NCBI GenBank assembly: GCA_024679065.1
Contig: JAGIQG010000024.1
Coordinates: forward strand, 28,954,001 to 29,018,000
Length of the DNA stretch: 64,000 bases
Reading direction: 5' to 3'
Source: Sphyrna mokarran
Taxonomy: Eukaryota
Shown: piece by piece, positions 37,776-51,585 of the stretch
Layout: every line of letters begins with the position of its first letter
Position numbering within the stretch: the stretch's first letter is position 1
The notes under the pieces: generated by a model
Database searches by the model: none
Seen by the model: only the letters and a program-made list of their open reading frames with translations
Told to the model about the DNA's origin: nothing
Made by a program: the position numbers and the translations under genes

Positions 37776-38390
37776 TAAGAAGTCTCACAATAACAGGTTA
37801 AAAGTTTAACAGGTTAAAGTCTTACAGGTTTATTAGGAATTTGAGTGTTATTCCTTCATCACTCACTGTGCTACCAGTCATGGGCATTCGGCCTCCGACC
37901 TGTGGGTAAATGTTCTTCAAGGGGGCTTTCGTGATACACGACAGCGCAGAGTCGCTGAACAGAGACTGATAGCCAAGCTCCGCACACATGAGGACGGTCT
38001 TAACAGGGATCTTGGCTTCATGACCCACTATCTGTAACCCCCGTAACTTGCCTGGGTTAGCAAAAAACCTCACTTACTGTGCTGTCTGGAGAAAATACAC
38101 AACTCTCTAACAATGCTCAGGATCCCCTTCACACACATTGTTAGCCACTTTAACACTTGAATATCAGGTTAGATGTAAGGATTCGCATTCTAATCAGCAA
38201 TCTCTGACTGTCTGTGCTGATGTGTGCTATTGCAGACCAGAACACTGCACTTGCCTGATGAAGACACGGGAGTGTTGACAGCTCGCTTTTTTACTATCAA
38301 ATAAATCGGTTGGATTAATAATTGGTGTTGCTAAATTCTTACTGAGTTCTTACCACTCCAATCCAACGCCGGCATCTTTACATCATGACC
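37776..38390 (+). mobile_element. Penelope-like element 3' end (GIY-YIG C-terminus and pLTR) with a 5' inverted pLTR piece
   Basis: HSASDLWVNVLQGG...RRVAEQRLIAKLRTHEDGLNRDLGFM; hammerhead-like CTGATGAAGACAC..GTGTTGACAGCTC at 38255-38284; reverse pLTR at 37776-37860. Confidence 0.85.
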
Positions 38391-38884
38391 AGTAGGAGGA
38401 CATGGACCAATGGTGGGAAATAAGAAAGTCACTTTGTTGAATGCGGTAATACTTCATGATAACAACCACTCCTGAAAAAACAACCACAGGTCGGCAGGTT
38501 GACAAAAAGGGAGCTTGTAATAGTCACTGTTAAAGCAATAAGGAGCTTTAAGATAGCTATTCACACCAAGAGAAACAAGAAAATGTCAGAAAGAATCTCA
38601 GCAATATAATGAGCATAAATTTCTGTCAGAATGACATGAGACTAAGTTATTTATGTGTAAATGGGGCAGATGCACAATTAAGCTCAAATATCTTTGGAGT
38701 TTCATCACTTCCCCATTATCTCCATGAAGATGGGTTGCTGGCTTTTCCACCATTAAATTACATTGAGCAGCATGAAATTGCTGCATCTACATGGTATGTA
38801 CAGACTAAATCAATGGAAAATTCAGTCTTATTAATAATATTGTATGCAGTTTTTTATAAAATTGGATGCATGGCACAGAAACAT

Positions 38885-39590
38885 GCTCAACTAGTCTATG
38901 ATGCTCCCAGTGCGGTCTACTGTACATCAGAGAGACTAAATGCAGACTGGGTGACCGCTTTGCTGAACACTGTCGGTCTGTCTGGAAGCAGGACCCAGAC
39001 CTTCCTGTCGCTTGCCACTTCAACCCACCACCTTGCTCTCCTGTCCACATGTCCGTCCTTGGCCTGTTGCAATGTTCTAGTGAATCCCAAACTAGAAGCA
39101 CCTCGTATTCCGATTGGGTACTTTGCAACCTGAATATTTGAGTTCAACCATTTCAGGACATGAACTGTCCCCTCCATTTTCACCCCATTTCCATTTAATT
39201 TAATTCATTTCATTTCACTTCATTCTCTGCTTTATTGCTCTTCTTTCCACCCCCTTTCCCACTTCCTCCCACCCCCTTTCCCACTTCCTCCCTCTTCAGG
39301 CCAACTGCCACATTCCTCAGTTACCTAGCATTTTCTTGGTTTTGCCATTAATGCGATCTGGTCTCTTAATGGACATTTTTGATGTCCTCTATGTGCTCAT
39401 TTACATTTCCTTTGTCCAATTCCAACCTTCACTACCCTCATACTATAAATCTCTGTTGATTCTCTTTCCTCTCAGCTCTGATAAAGGGTCTTCTCGACTG
39501 AAGACATTGGCTATACTCTCTCTCCACAGATACTATCAGATCTGCTGAGATTTTGTTTGAGATCCCAGCATCTGCGGTAGTTTGCATTTA
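38885..39590 (+). mobile_element. Penelope-like element GIY-YIG endonuclease remnant with 3' UTR
   Basis: LVY...CSQCGLLYIRETKCRLGDRFAEH...PVACHFN; decayed hammerhead at about 39474-39512. Confidence 0.82.
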
Positions 39591-40596
39591 TCCTTCTTGT
39601 AGTCTATGCTGGTGCTAGGGTTCCAATCCATATGAGCTTCTTCCCTTATCTAAATCTATCATCATAACCTCTCTTCCCTACTTTCTCAACTTCTTGACTA
39701 GTTTCCCTTAAATACAGCTATACTATTCACCTCAACAATCCACATGCTCCACACCCTTATCCTGAGCACTTGTAACATCTTAGTATGCAAGACTACAGAC
39801 CAAGTGTTGAGAATGGGATTAGTTTTGCTTGATGGCTGGTGGAGACACAATGGGCCAAAAGATCTCTCTTTGTGCTGTAAATCTCTATGATTTACCACTC
39901 ATTAGGCTGAGGAGTTTTGATGGAATTTCCATTTGGATTTCTTGGTGATAGTTTTGTATTAATGGCCTCCTGTTGTGCTCCAGAATAGGAAACAGACTAT
40001 CAAATCCTTTCATAATTTTAAAGACATCTAAACACTCCTTCCCCCACCTCACCCCATCCCATTAGCCTTACTTCTCCAATCCTTCCCTGATATGTTTACA
40101 CACACATTTCTTACACTATCTTTATACTTCTTCTCTGCACTTTCTCTCGTGCTGCAATATCCTTTCAATGGGAAGCGTGACCAGAAATGCGTGTGATACT
40201 CTTTTTAAGCCCAGTCTAACCAAATTTTGATGCAAGTTGAACATAACCTCAGAGCTTTTCATTTCTATACCTTCAGAAAAACAACGTAGTGCTTGGGTTT
40301 TTATTTATGATATTGTGCAACATAACATTTGTACTTCTGTGATTCATTAGTTTCTATACTTCATTTTACAAATAATAAATGATTCATGTTAATTGCTTCC
40401 AGTCTCTGACATTGAAATTTAACTATCTGGGGACATGAGTCAAATTCAATTAAGTGTTTAATTATTGGAGCCTTTGTTCTTTCTTACTACTTAGTTTTTA
40501 TTTCCCACTTAACTTGATCTTTCTTCTTTTCTCTGCTTCTTTCTTTATCTGATTTGACATTGAATTCATCCACATTAATTTACAATTTCTTCTCAA

Positions 40597-40917
40597 TCAT
40601 AGAATCCTACAGTGCAGAAGGAGACCATTCAGCCCATTAAGGCTGCACAAATCACAACCTCATCCAGGCCCTATCCCCATTATTCCATGCAATTTACCCT
40701 AACTAGTTTCTGACACTAAGAGATAATTTAACTTGGCCAGTCCACCTAACCCACACATCTTTGGACTGTGGGAGGAAACTGGAGCATCCAGAGGAAACCC
40801 ATGCAGACACGGGTAGAACGTGCAAACTCCATGCAGACAGTGACCCAAGCTGGGAATCGAACCCGGATCTCTGGCACTGTGAGGCAGCAGTGCTAACCAC
40901 TGCATCACCGTGCCGTC
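40597..40917 (-). mobile_element. V-SINE (tail a)
   Basis: Well preserved full-length copy. Confidence 0.88.
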
Positions 40918-41529
40918 CTTGTGCTGTTTCTTTCACAAAGAGAAGCAAGTGACCGTTTACTCGGGTTTCAAATGTTCTGTGTTTCTCACCACGCCACTAG
41001 CAGCTCACACCTTCCATATAATAAAAAAATAGATTTTTCTTGTACTTGTGTCTAATGGCAGATTCACCCAGACAACAACCTTTTGTGCTAAAATCAATCA
41101 AGGTGGAATAAATGAGTAAGCAAGATTGTAATGGTTCAATGATGGTGCTTATACATAGCAAGGCTAAAGCAAATAGTGATTTGATCTTACAAACAGCAGG
41201 GTTAAAGCAAATAACAGTGCTTTGTTCTTAATGTTGACAATCATTCCTTTCTGTGTACAAATTGTTTTTCCTGGGCTCCATGCTATTTTGAAATTGGTTT
41301 TCTATATTAAAATTGGTGCCTCTGGAACCTTATAGTTCCAGGAAACTATAAGAAATATATACTCCAACCAGTATTCTTCCTCTGAAGTTCTGTTCATTAT
41401 TTTTCAATCGCTGTTTTCTGTAGATACACTGAAGCATGTTAATAGATCCAAGAGGGGAATTTGACCGTACCTTCATTGTAGTTTAATGTAACCCTATTTA
41501 CGACTAATAAATAAACTTTAATTTTAGTT

Positions 41530-42925
41530 CCTCCTGCAGCAGATAGGGAAATGTGTTTCCATATTCCTAATGATATGCAGGTCCATATACTGTATATGAA
41601 GCCACAGGACATTGAAAGGATATTCAATGAATACTACTCGGGATTCTTCATTTCAGAAAAGGAGAAATTAGGTGCAGGATTCAGATAAAGGGACTCTGTG
41701 GAACTTGCACCACTTGACATGGGAAATGAAGAGTTACTGGACGGTTTGACAGGCTTAGAATTCCTACAATAGAGAAGGAGGCCATTCGGCCCATTGAGTC
41801 TGTATTGACCACAAATCAACCAGGCCCTATTCCCATAAGCCTGCTCATTTGCCCTGCTAATCCTCCTCACACTGATCAATTTAGCACAGCCAATCAACCT
41901 AACCTGCACATCTTTGAATGGTGGGGGAAACTGGAGCATCCAGAGGAAACCCATGCAGACACAGAGAATGACCCGAGGCCGGAATTGAACCTGGGTCCCT
42001 GGCGTGTTAGGCAGCAGTGCTAACCATTGTGCCAGCGTGCTGCCCATCATGGACAAAGCACCAGGCCTGGATGAATTGCATCCCAGGCTGCTGGGGGAGG
42101 TGAGGCAGGAAATTGCAGTAGCTCTGACACAAATTTTTTAATTTCTACCAGGCCACATGGCAAGTGCCAGAGGACTGAAAGACAGCTAATATCAGCAGCA
42201 AGGTGGCACAGTGGTTAGTACTGATGCCTCGCAGCTCAAAGACCTGGTTTGATTCCTGGCTTGTGTCACTGTCTGCACAGAGTCCGCACATTCTCCCTGT
42301 GTGTGTGGGTTTCCTCCAGGTACTCCAGTTTCCTCCCACAGTCCAAAAGACGTGCTGGTTAGCTGTACTGGACATCCTAAACTCTCCCTCAGAATACCTG
42401 AACAGGCATCGGAGTGTGGTCACTAGGGATTTTCACAGTAACTTCATTTCAGTGTTAATGTAAGCCTACTTGTGATTAATAAGAAGTAATGCGGTTCCAC
42501 TTCTCAAGAAGAGTGGTAGAGATGAATCAGAAAACTATAGACTTCATGTCAGCAATAGAGAAATTATTGGAGAAAATTCTGAAGGAGAGAATTAATTTCC
42601 ACTTAGATAAGGTTTGATTAGGGATGGTCAGTGTGGCTTTGTCAAAGGGAGATCATGCCTAACAAATTTGATAGAATTTTACAAAAATGTGATTGAATGT
42701 TTGGATGAGAGAAATGCAGTTGATGTGGATTTTAACAAAGCCTTTGACAAGATCGCACAGGAGAAACTGATTGAGAAGTTTGAAGCAAGTGGAATTCGGG
42801 GAACCTTGGCAAGATGGATCCAAAACTGGCTTAGTAATAGGACACAGTGTGGTAGTAGAAAGCTGTCTTAATGACTGGAGGCCAGTGTCCAGTAGCATAC
42901 CACAAGGTTCAAAACTGGCACCCTT
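41530..42925 (+). mobile_element. CR1-clade LINE RT N-terminal fragment interrupted by SINEs
   Basis: QCGFVKGRSCLTNLIEF...DFNKAFDK...WIQNWLSNR. Confidence 0.8.
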
Positions 42926-43159
42926 TTTCCTGATTGTTGACTTCGGTCACTGTCTGTGTGGAGTTTGCAAATTCTCCCCATGTCTGCATGGGTTTCCTCC
43001 CACAGTTTGTAAAATGTGCCAGTTAGGTGCATCTGTCATGCTAATTTCTCCCTCAGTGTACCCAAAGAAGTGCCGGAGTGTGGCGATTAAGGGAATTTCA
43101 CAGTAACCTCATTGCAGTGTTAATGTAAGCCTACTTGTAACACTAATAAGTAAACGTTA

Positions 43160-45565
43160 AAGGAAAGCTTCCAGCAAAGTGAGCTCCATTACACCTCATT
43201 ACTACCTTAACTGTCAAGATTCCTGCCTATGTTCTCCTTTCTGTTTGTTGTAGGACAAACTCAACCACAATAAGTGTGAGTAAGCACACCCTGCTAGAGT
43301 CATGCCAGACCAAAAAAGCCTTGTGCCATACAATGAGAGAGCAATTGAGCTGGATGAGGAGGAGGAAGATGATCCCTTTGCTGATGGTGGAGGTGGACCA
43401 CCAGGCGGAAATGGGAATCCTCAAGGAGAAGTGAGTGATCGATGTCCCCTCATTTATCCCCTGTAATGCATTAATACAGTACAAGACAAAACAGTCCAGA
43501 TCATCCTCACGACCCCTGAACCCAGCAGAAACTAGTAGTTCCAAGGAAGACACTTTGGATACTACCGTGGCAGAGGCATCACAGTAATCATCCGTACTCA
43601 GCACTCGCGCAGACATCCTCACCTCAGTGGGTTTACTAAATGGGCAGGCTTCTTGGTCACTCACTGGTGAACATCCCACGGCTGAAGATCCGCAATAGGT
43701 GGGGACAGGGATGTCCCAGAGGGATTCAGTATCAGAGGGATGCTGGGCCTCTGGCTGATGATGTGCCCCTGGGTCTAATCGTTCCAGAGCTGATAGAACT
43801 GCAATAGCAGAAGGGATGGCAGCATCCCTCCACAGACTGTGAGGCTGATTGGAGAAATCCAGTTGCCTTCTGACCGAGAAGATGGTGCAGTCACTTCTGC
43901 GCAACAAGGCAAGGGTGGCACCTGCTGTGGAGACCTTGGCACATGGCATGCACTCTATGGTAGGAGATGTTACTCCACGGCTCAACTCATGAGGTCCATT
44001 TCTAAGGGCATGAACTCCATGGTCCATATTTTGTACCATGTAGTGCAGGCATTAATGGGAATCCATGGGAGGAAGGTGGGGCTTCTGGATCTCACACCAG
44101 CTGTCTCTTGATCTCATTGAGGACCATAGGCCCCGTTAGGCACCCAAAAGAATGAGGATCATCTGGGTCACAGGCTGGGGCTGTCCAGCCTATCTGAGCC
44201 TCCCCTTCCTATGAATGACAAATCTCCAGCCCCAAACAGCTGGAGGGCAGGACTGCGGCGCCCATGCTGCCCAAAAGCAGGCCAGGACCCTCAAGGTCCA
44301 GGTCTCCCAGGAGATGGCCACCAAGGATATCTCGGGCAACAGGCCTCCACAACCTCCGCTCCTGGGGAAGCACCTAGATGTAGTGGGGAGGGGGAGGAAG
44401 ATTAAGAAGTTATAGGCACCTAGGTGAAAGCAGGCACAAGTATAGAGAAATCACCACTGTATATAATAACAAATAATAAATCACTGCGCTCACACACAGA
44501 GCCTCTACCCTGCCAAGCTCAGCGAACCCTTCCACCCATAGCACTTTATTTCTGTGCAGTATGAGAATGGCTGTGCTATGTCTCTCTCACACTGAGGTCA
44601 GAATAAAAAAGCTCAGCCCCAACTCCTGGCTACGCTTCCCAACACCTCATTCGTAGAAGGAGCAAACACCCGCGTTCGTCAGAGCTAGAGAATTTTAATT
44701 GTGCATCTCTTCACCAGAGTGGGAGAGGCCCAAGGACTGATAAGGTGCTGCTTGCCTGTTCACCTAGAGTGTAAGATGAAAGCGAAAACCAGGAGCCAAA
44801 TGTTTAGAAGGTCCTGCAGTGCCTGAGTCTATCCTTGCAGCTGTGTCGAACTCTATAATGTGCCCATTTGTTGACAGCTCTCTGTTAGGCAGGAATCAGG
44901 CATATTGCTGAGGATGAAAGGAGAGAGACCTGTCAGCTCTCTGCTGCTGCAGCCAGCTTCAATCTGGCACTCCCCCCTCCAGATATCCCAGGCACTCATG
45001 ACCAATCGCGATAGCGTCCCACCCCTGCCCACTTAGAAATATCGCCTTGCACACTGATCAACCGCCCCCCCCCCCCCCCCACATTCCCCTCCCATCACAT
45101 GCAAAGTGGCAACGTGCGTGGCTCACCCTCCTGAAGGTCCTGACCCCCCATGCACCTCACTGGCCTTGCCCCCTCAGGCTTTACCTTGGTCCTGTCCGGT
45201 GAGGCCCCTCCCCACTCCCCACTTGTCCTCCTCCCCCAGGGAGGGTTGGGTAGCCTCAATGGCCTCCAGTTCCACCGGTGAGACTATCACAACTAATCCC
45301 CGTTTATGGGCAGCAGGTGTTTACTTCACTGGAGAGAATCTCTCCTGGTGCCGCCGCAAAGGAGAGTGAGCCTGAATGATTGCATTCCAGGCTCATTAAT
45401 AACATGCAAATGATGTTTTAAATATACTTAGCTGGCGTACCTGAATGTGCTGAATATCTGCTGCTGGTAAGATTGCATGAGCCAAGAATTGGGCTCAAAC
45501 TGATTTCTTGGCTCCCTTGCGATTTTTACCGGCTCTCCCCACCCAAAGTTTTAAAATCGCCCTCA
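43160..45565 (+). mobile_element. Probable Harbinger/PIF-type element remnant (Myb/SANT-like ORF)
   Basis: After a pyrimidine-rich acceptor reads DKLNHNKCE*AH...LVPYNERAIEL, resembling NAIF1/MSANTD-like Harbinger ORFs; GC-rich; ends in aaaatcgccc. Confidence 0.5.
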
Positions 45566-45608
45566 ATATCTTTAACTTGACCTTACACCCATTGCGGGAG
45601 AGTCTTAT

Positions 45609-45868
45609 GGGTGGCATGGTAGCGCAATGGTTAGCCCTGCTGCTTCACAGCGCCGGGGACCCGAGTTCGATTCCCAGCTGTCTGTGTGGAGTTTGCACAT
45701 TCTCCCTTGTCTATGTGGGTTTCCTCTGGTTCCCCTCCCCCATTCTGAAAAACATGCTGGTGAGATGCACTGTCCCAAACAGGTGCCTGACTTTGGTGAC
45801 TAGGGGGATTTCACAGTAACTTCATTCCAGTGTTTAGCCTTAATTGTGACACTAATAAATAAACTTTA
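45609..45868 (+). mobile_element. V-SINE (tail b)
   Basis: Head, V-domain and tail. Confidence 0.85.
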
Positions 45869-47175
45869 ACTCACCACCTGTTACTCCCACTTGTTGCTGA
45901 AACAAGAAATGATTAGAGCATCCCTAGCTCATCAGCCAATTCTGACCCTATCTACTGCCCAGCAATCTTCCTCTTTGGCAATTAATTCTGGTCAATTTAA
46001 TGCCCACTTTGGGCACAGCCTCATTCCAACACTACCAGTGTTTAACTAGCAATGAGTGAAACCAATGCAAAGCACCTAAAATAGCAGATGCTGGGACAAG
46101 GAGATCTCTCACCTTAACAGGTCTCTTGGGTCCATTTGTAAATCCCTGCAAGATTTGCCGTTCGTGGGTTCCCCATCCCGAAATAGGCTCTTAAACTCTG
46201 ACACTGCCCCTCCCCACTTCCCCCACCACTCAACCATCTCACCTGGCTCAATGGCTACTCTCAATTTGGAAACAAGGCAAGACAACCAAAACCTGATGCA
46301 GCACCGCTTGCCAGTTGGCCATTAAATAGTTACAGTACAGCTGCTTTCCTCTTGCCCCCCCCCCCCCCCCCCCCCCCCCCCCGACTTTCCCCAACCTCAT
46401 AGCTGGACAGAAGACAGAATGCGGGAGGGTGACGGGGCAGGAATACAGAGTTATGTACAAGTGCTTCACGTATCAGCTGGAAGAACTTGTACCTCTGAGT
46501 CAGGAGGTTGTGGGTTCAACTCCCACTCCAGGATTTAAGTACAAAACTCAAAGCTAACCTTCCAGTTTAAGTACTGAACCATCTTTCATATCAGACAATA
46601 AACAGAGGTTCCGTTTGCCCTTTCAAATGGACAGAAAAGATCCTGTGGTCATGGCGGTAATTTGAAGAATAGGGGAATTGTTCCCAGTATTATTTCAGTA
46701 TGCATTCCCTCAATCAGCATCCTAAATCAGATGCATGGAATCTCTACAGTGCAGAAAGAGGCCATTGGGCCCATTAATCCTGCACCATAACAATCCCAGC
46801 GAGATCCTATCCCCATAACTCCGCTGGAAGAATGAAGTCGAAATCTCGGAGGTAAGTGCCTTTTTTAAGGAAAGTATAGAGGTTCCCAGGTCTCCCCATG
46901 GCCAATTTCTGGTTTCCTGCTGCTCTGAAAAAGAAAAGCTCCAAAAAAGTAAGTTAAAATCAAAAACTCAGCTTACCTTCCAGCTCTCCTCTCTCTGCCT
47001 GTTCTGCTTTAAGAATGAAATTAGTTCCTGTGTTTTCCACATTGCAACAATGACTGCACTTTAAAATTGCTTTATCAATTGTGCAGTGTACTATATTGTG
47101 ACCCTCTAACATCAAGAGATTTTAGGCTTTGTTTTGAACACAAAGCATTTACTTATAAGAGAAGGAGAATAAGCA

Positions 47176-47650
47176 CTCTCATAACACCAGGTTAAAGTCC
47201 AACAGGTTTATTTAGCAGTATCAGCTTTCTCAGTCTCAAGCTCTTCTTCAGGTGAGTGAAAACTTGTGTTCACAAGCAGGGTATATAAAGACACAGACTC
47301 AAGTTAGAAGATAATGGTTGGAATGCAAGATTTTAGAAGTAACCAGGTCTTAAAGGTACAGACAATTTGAGTGGAGAGAGGACCAAACGCAGGTTAAAGA
47401 CGTGTGTATTGACTCCAGCTAGAACAGTTAGTGGGATTTTGCAAGCTGAGGTAAGTCATGGAGGTTACAGATAGTGTGACATGAACCCAAGATCTCTGTT
47501 GAGGCCATTCTTGTGCGCGGAACGTGACTATCAGTTTCTGCTCAGTGACAATGCAGGATCGCTGAGCAGAAAGTGATAGCCATGTGAACCTGTTGGACTT
47601 TAACTTCATGTTGTGAAACTTTTAATTGTGTTTACTAAAGTCCAATGCCA
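47176..47650 (-). mobile_element. Penelope-like element 3' end with inverted pLTR piece
   Basis: Minus-strand EQKLI.TFR..E...; pLTR at 47176-47260 and oppositely oriented pLTR at 47588-47650. Confidence 0.8.
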
Positions 47651-47799
47651 AGAGAAAGAGTTACAGCTCTAGTCTGCTTTGGAGTCAGCCTCCAGTCTTT
47701 ACAATGTTAATTACATGGCTGCTAAATGATTCTGCTTGAGAGACACTCCATCCTCTTGGATGATCACTCTCAATTCCCATTGGCCCTTTAAGTCATGTG

Positions 47800-48270
47800 A
47801 GAGAGAGTTCAGAGGAGATTTACAAGGATGCTGCCTGGATTGGGAGGCAGGCCTTATGAAGATAGGTTGAGGAAGCTGGGACTCTTCTCACTGGAGAGAC
47901 GTAGGTTGAGAGGCGACCTGATAGAGGTTTATAAAATGTTGAGAGGAATAGATAGGGTGGACTCTCAGAGACTATTTCCCCGAGCTGAAATGGTCACTAC
48001 GAGAGGACACAGATTTAAGGTGCAGGGAAGCAAATACAAAGGAGATGTCAGGGGTAGGTTTTTCACTCAGAGGGTGGTGAGTGAATGGAACCGACTGCCA
48101 TCAGAGGTTGTTGAGGCAAACTCACTGGGATCTTTTAAGAGACTTCTGGATGAGTATATGGAAACGAATAGGATAGGGGGTTATAGATAGGTCTGTGGAT
48201 TGATAGATGTGATCGGCGCAACTTGTGGGTCAAAGGGTCTGTTTGTGCTGTATTGTTCTGTGTTCTATGA
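47800..48270 (+). mobile_element. Young CR1-clade LINE 3' end
   Basis: Intact 120-aa ORF 47828..48190 LFSLERRRLRGDLIEVYK...WNRLP. Confidence 0.92.
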
Positions 48271-48691
48271 CCCTTTTCCACTGTATTGCCTTAAAGAGAC
48301 AGACACCACGGAGTGAATTTTTCTCTTCCACCCGCCACAGGAATCAGTGTGTGAGGGATGGACCATGGAAATGTCCGTTGGCCTCAGACGGGTCTTTTTG
48401 GTTTCTGGGCAAGCACGGCTGGAAAATCCTGCCCCATATATATGTAACAGTGGGGATACCCAGTTGTTGTGATAGATGCTATATAAATGTAAATCTTCCT
48501 TTTGAGCTGATTGCCAGGAATTCGTAACATTACATACAATGTGTTAATTGAAAGAACAATAACAAGAATGTCTGTGTGTTTGAGAAGAAGGGTAAGGTAT
48601 CTACAGTATTTGCTCATACAATGAAGTTAATAGGATTGAGGGTTGAACATAAAATATTTTTCAATTGCAGAGTAAAAATCAGAGGAGTAGA

Positions 48692-48737
48692 ATGATGAAA
48701 ATGGTGATTGTAGGAGGAGCTACAGCTGTAACTGCAG
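48692..48737 (+). CDS. IFI27L2: Gene B first coding exon
   Basis: tttttcaattgcag| acceptor, ATG at 48692, donor GCAG|gtaagc. Confidence 0.8.
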
Positions 48738-50556
48738 GTAAGCTTTAGTCGGGCAAACAATCTGTATTTTTTTTAAAAGTAATGGTCAACAGAGTTCCCA
48801 GGAAGGCTGCTACTCAAATATGTCTAGTTCGTGTAGTGCCAGTTACTCAAATTGTGATAACGCACAACAGTTTTATAAAGAAAGCCAGATCCCCTACTGC
48901 ATTGCTTATGGGTAGTTGGAAGGTATCATCTCTTGAGTCTCAAGGTTAATGTGCAAATTCAGTCGGCAGTTCAGAAGGCAAATGCAATGTTAGTATTCAA
49001 GTCGAGCAGGCTAGAATACAAGAGCAGGGATGTGCTGGTTTGAAGTGTTGTGACAGAATTAGACTTACCTTACGATCAAAAAGAATTCTGACATGACACT
49101 ATTATATAGTTTGGGCTTTCGGCAGCATTGTTAAATTGTGGCACATTGGTTAGCACTGCTGCCTCACAACGCTAGGGACCAGGGTCTGATTGGTCACTGT
49201 CTGTGAAGGAATCTGCACATTCTCCCCTTGTCCGTGTGGGTTGCTGCCAGGTGCTCCAGTTTCCACCCACAGTCCGAAAGACATGCTAAATTCTCCCTCT
49301 GTGTGCCCAAAAAGGGCCGGAGTGTGGGGACTAGGGGATTTTCACAGTAACTTTGTTGCAGTGTTAATGTAAGCTGACTTATGGCACTAAGAAAATAAGT
49401 TTTAAAATGCCTGAATGAGACTACTTAATGTGAAAGCAATATCACTTGAACCCCAGGAGCTTAACATTCGGCCAACATATGCCATGTTTTGTCTTTCAGT
49501 TGGAGCTATCGTTGCTGCACCAGTGGTTCTGGGAGCAGTGGGATTTACCAGTGCTGGTATAGCACCTGGTTCCTATGCAGCAAGTATGATGTCTGCAGCT
49601 GCTATTGCCAATGGAGGGGGTGTAGCAGCTGGAAGTCTGGTGGCTGTACTGCAATCTGCTGGTAATGTTTAGTCGTGGCCATTTGTTTAGATTTAAATGA
49701 CTCAAACAGTTTGGGATTATATTCACTGGAGGGTGAGAGGGGATCTGACTGAGATGTATCAAATTCTAAAAGAGACCGATAGAGTGAATATAAACCACAT
49801 GTACCCTTTAACAGGGTAGTTTGAACAAAGAGGTCGCAAGTATAGGTTGAGAGGCGGTAAATTTAAAACTGAGATGAGGATGAACTACTTCTCACAGAGG
49901 GTGATAAATTTGTGGAAGTCACTGCCCCATAGTGCGGTGGAGTCTGAACCATTGAATGGTTTCAAGAAAGAAATAGATATATTTTGATTTTTAAAAAAAA
50001 AAAGGATTGAAGGGAACAGATGGGGGAGTGGATTTGAGACCAGGGAGAGATCAGCCATGATCTGATGAATGGTGGTTCGAAAGGCTGAATTTACTTCTTA
50101 TTTTCTTCTGCTCCTGATTCCTATGTTCCTATTAAAGCCACTCTGATAATGTTTGACTTCCTTGCATCCATGAATAGTGCTGAATAATTTTTATGTTTCG
50201 TCATTGTCTTGGAAGCTTCTTTCTGCTAAATGACATCTTTTGTAATAAGTGTCAGTCCGTTATATTTTGACATCAGCGATGGGCTAATGATACAGTGTTT
50301 GGCTTTATCGTAAATGGAAAAGAATGATCAAATGTCCAAATTTTGGTCTGGATTGTGTCTTTCCCCAGGATACTGTTTGGGTCTGGATGATAGGAAATGT
50401 TAATTGATCTCATTGTGTGCAATAAATTCACTTTTATATTTTTCCTTTCTCTCTAAAGGAGCTGCCGGGTTATCGATTGGTGCCAAAGCTGCTGTGGGAG
50501 CTTTAGGTGGTCTTGTAGGTTCGATCTGCAGTGCTAAAGCAGCCAGAAAAACATGA
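48692..50556 (+). CDS. IFI27L2: Gene B: IFI27-like (IFI27L2/ISG12-type) protein, 101 aa; join(48692..48737,49500..49661,50459..50556)
   Basis: Three GT-AG phase-1 exons, 306 nt: [101 protein letters not shown]. Near-consensus ISG12 motif. The ATG exon has an acceptor at 48670/48671, so an upstream exon exists but was not located. The symbol is family-level. Confidence 0.88.
49120..49402 (+). mobile_element. V-SINE (tail b) in gene B intron
   Basis: Head, V-domain and tail. Confidence 0.8.
49500..49661 (+). CDS. IFI27L2: Gene B ISG12-motif exon
   Basis: 162 nt, tgtctttcag| and GCTG|gtaatg. Confidence 0.93.
49690..50132 (+). mobile_element. CR1-clade LINE 3' end in gene B intron
   Basis: gaggggatctgactgagatgtatc..., tail ctcctgattcctatgttcct. 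Confidence 0.8.
50459..50556 (+). CDS. IFI27L2: Gene B terminal coding exon
   Basis: Long pyrimidine tract then aag|; GAAGLS motif; TGA; AATAAA at 50615. Confidence 0.9.
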
Positions 50557-50614
50557 ATGTTCAGAATGTCTTTTTCACTCGGAATATAAAATGAGAAAAA
50601 TTTAAGCAAAATTC

Positions 50615-50620
50615 AATAAA
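50615..50620 (+). terminator. Gene B polyadenylation signal
   Basis: AATAAA followed by a GT/T-rich downstream element. Confidence 0.7.
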
Positions 50621-51585
50621 ATGCTGTACCTACTCCAGCTTGTTTTTCTCTGTTTTTGTCATTCTGACTATAAGTGTGAAAAGTATTAAGTAATAGATAA
50701 TTTTAATAAATGTATGCATTTGCAGGATGTGGGTGTCACTGGCTAGGCCAGCATTTATTACCCATCCCTAATCGACCCCGCGAAAGTAATGGTGAACCAG
50801 TGATGCCCATGTATAGGTACACCCTAAATTGGAAAGATTTCACTGTTCACTGTTAGGAAGGCAGCTCCAGGATTTTGACCCAGGAACTGATATATTTCCA
50901 ATTTAGGTTGGTGAGTGACTTGGAAGGGAACTTCCAATTAGTGGCTTTAGTAAGGAAGGCTTTACAATGCTGATTGTGCCATTATCATTTCCGATGCCCA
51001 ATGGTCTGTCCAGTTTCATTCCTTTTCGACTTTGTAGTGGTTTGATATAGCTGAGTGGCTTGCCATGCAATTCCAAAGGGCATTTAATGAGTCAACACCG
51101 TTGCTCTGGGTCTGCAATCACTTGTAGGTTAGACCAAGTGAGGACAGCACTTTTTCTCTGAAGAGCATGGATTTTTTATGACCGTTAACCTTGGTTTAAT
51201 CAGTTTAGACTAACTTACAAATGTAGATTTTTTTTTTGGTTAATTAATTTGGTTAATTAACTTCCACCAGCTGATGGGGAGGTATTTGCATTCATGTCCT
51301 CAGAGCGTTATACTGGAGATCTGGATTACTAATTCAGTGATCTTACCACTAGGCCACCATCTCTCTTTAGCTCTCACACCAGGTTTAACTCCCCAGGTTA
51401 ATGAAAATCTTCGAGCCACAATACACTCTCTATCTCTACTTTGGATTGGTAAGCTGTGGTATCATTTTTTTCAGTAATACAGTGATGTTTCTGCCTTAAT
51501 GTCATCATGATGGATCAATACCCCAAATTACTCACAAGTATATTGAATTTTTAAGAAGAAGGTGTTTTTAAAAATAAGCACACAA

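Noticed and set aside
43227-44039. Longest ORF in the track (270 aa, minus strand)
   Set aside because: No recognisable motif; it is antisense to a decayed GC-rich Myb/SANT-like transposon ORF, so probably a shadow ORF.
46812-46857. ATG...GAG|gtaagt as the coding first exon of gene B
   Set aside because: Splicing to 48671 gives an out-of-frame stop (…RGVE*), and the context looks repeat-derived.
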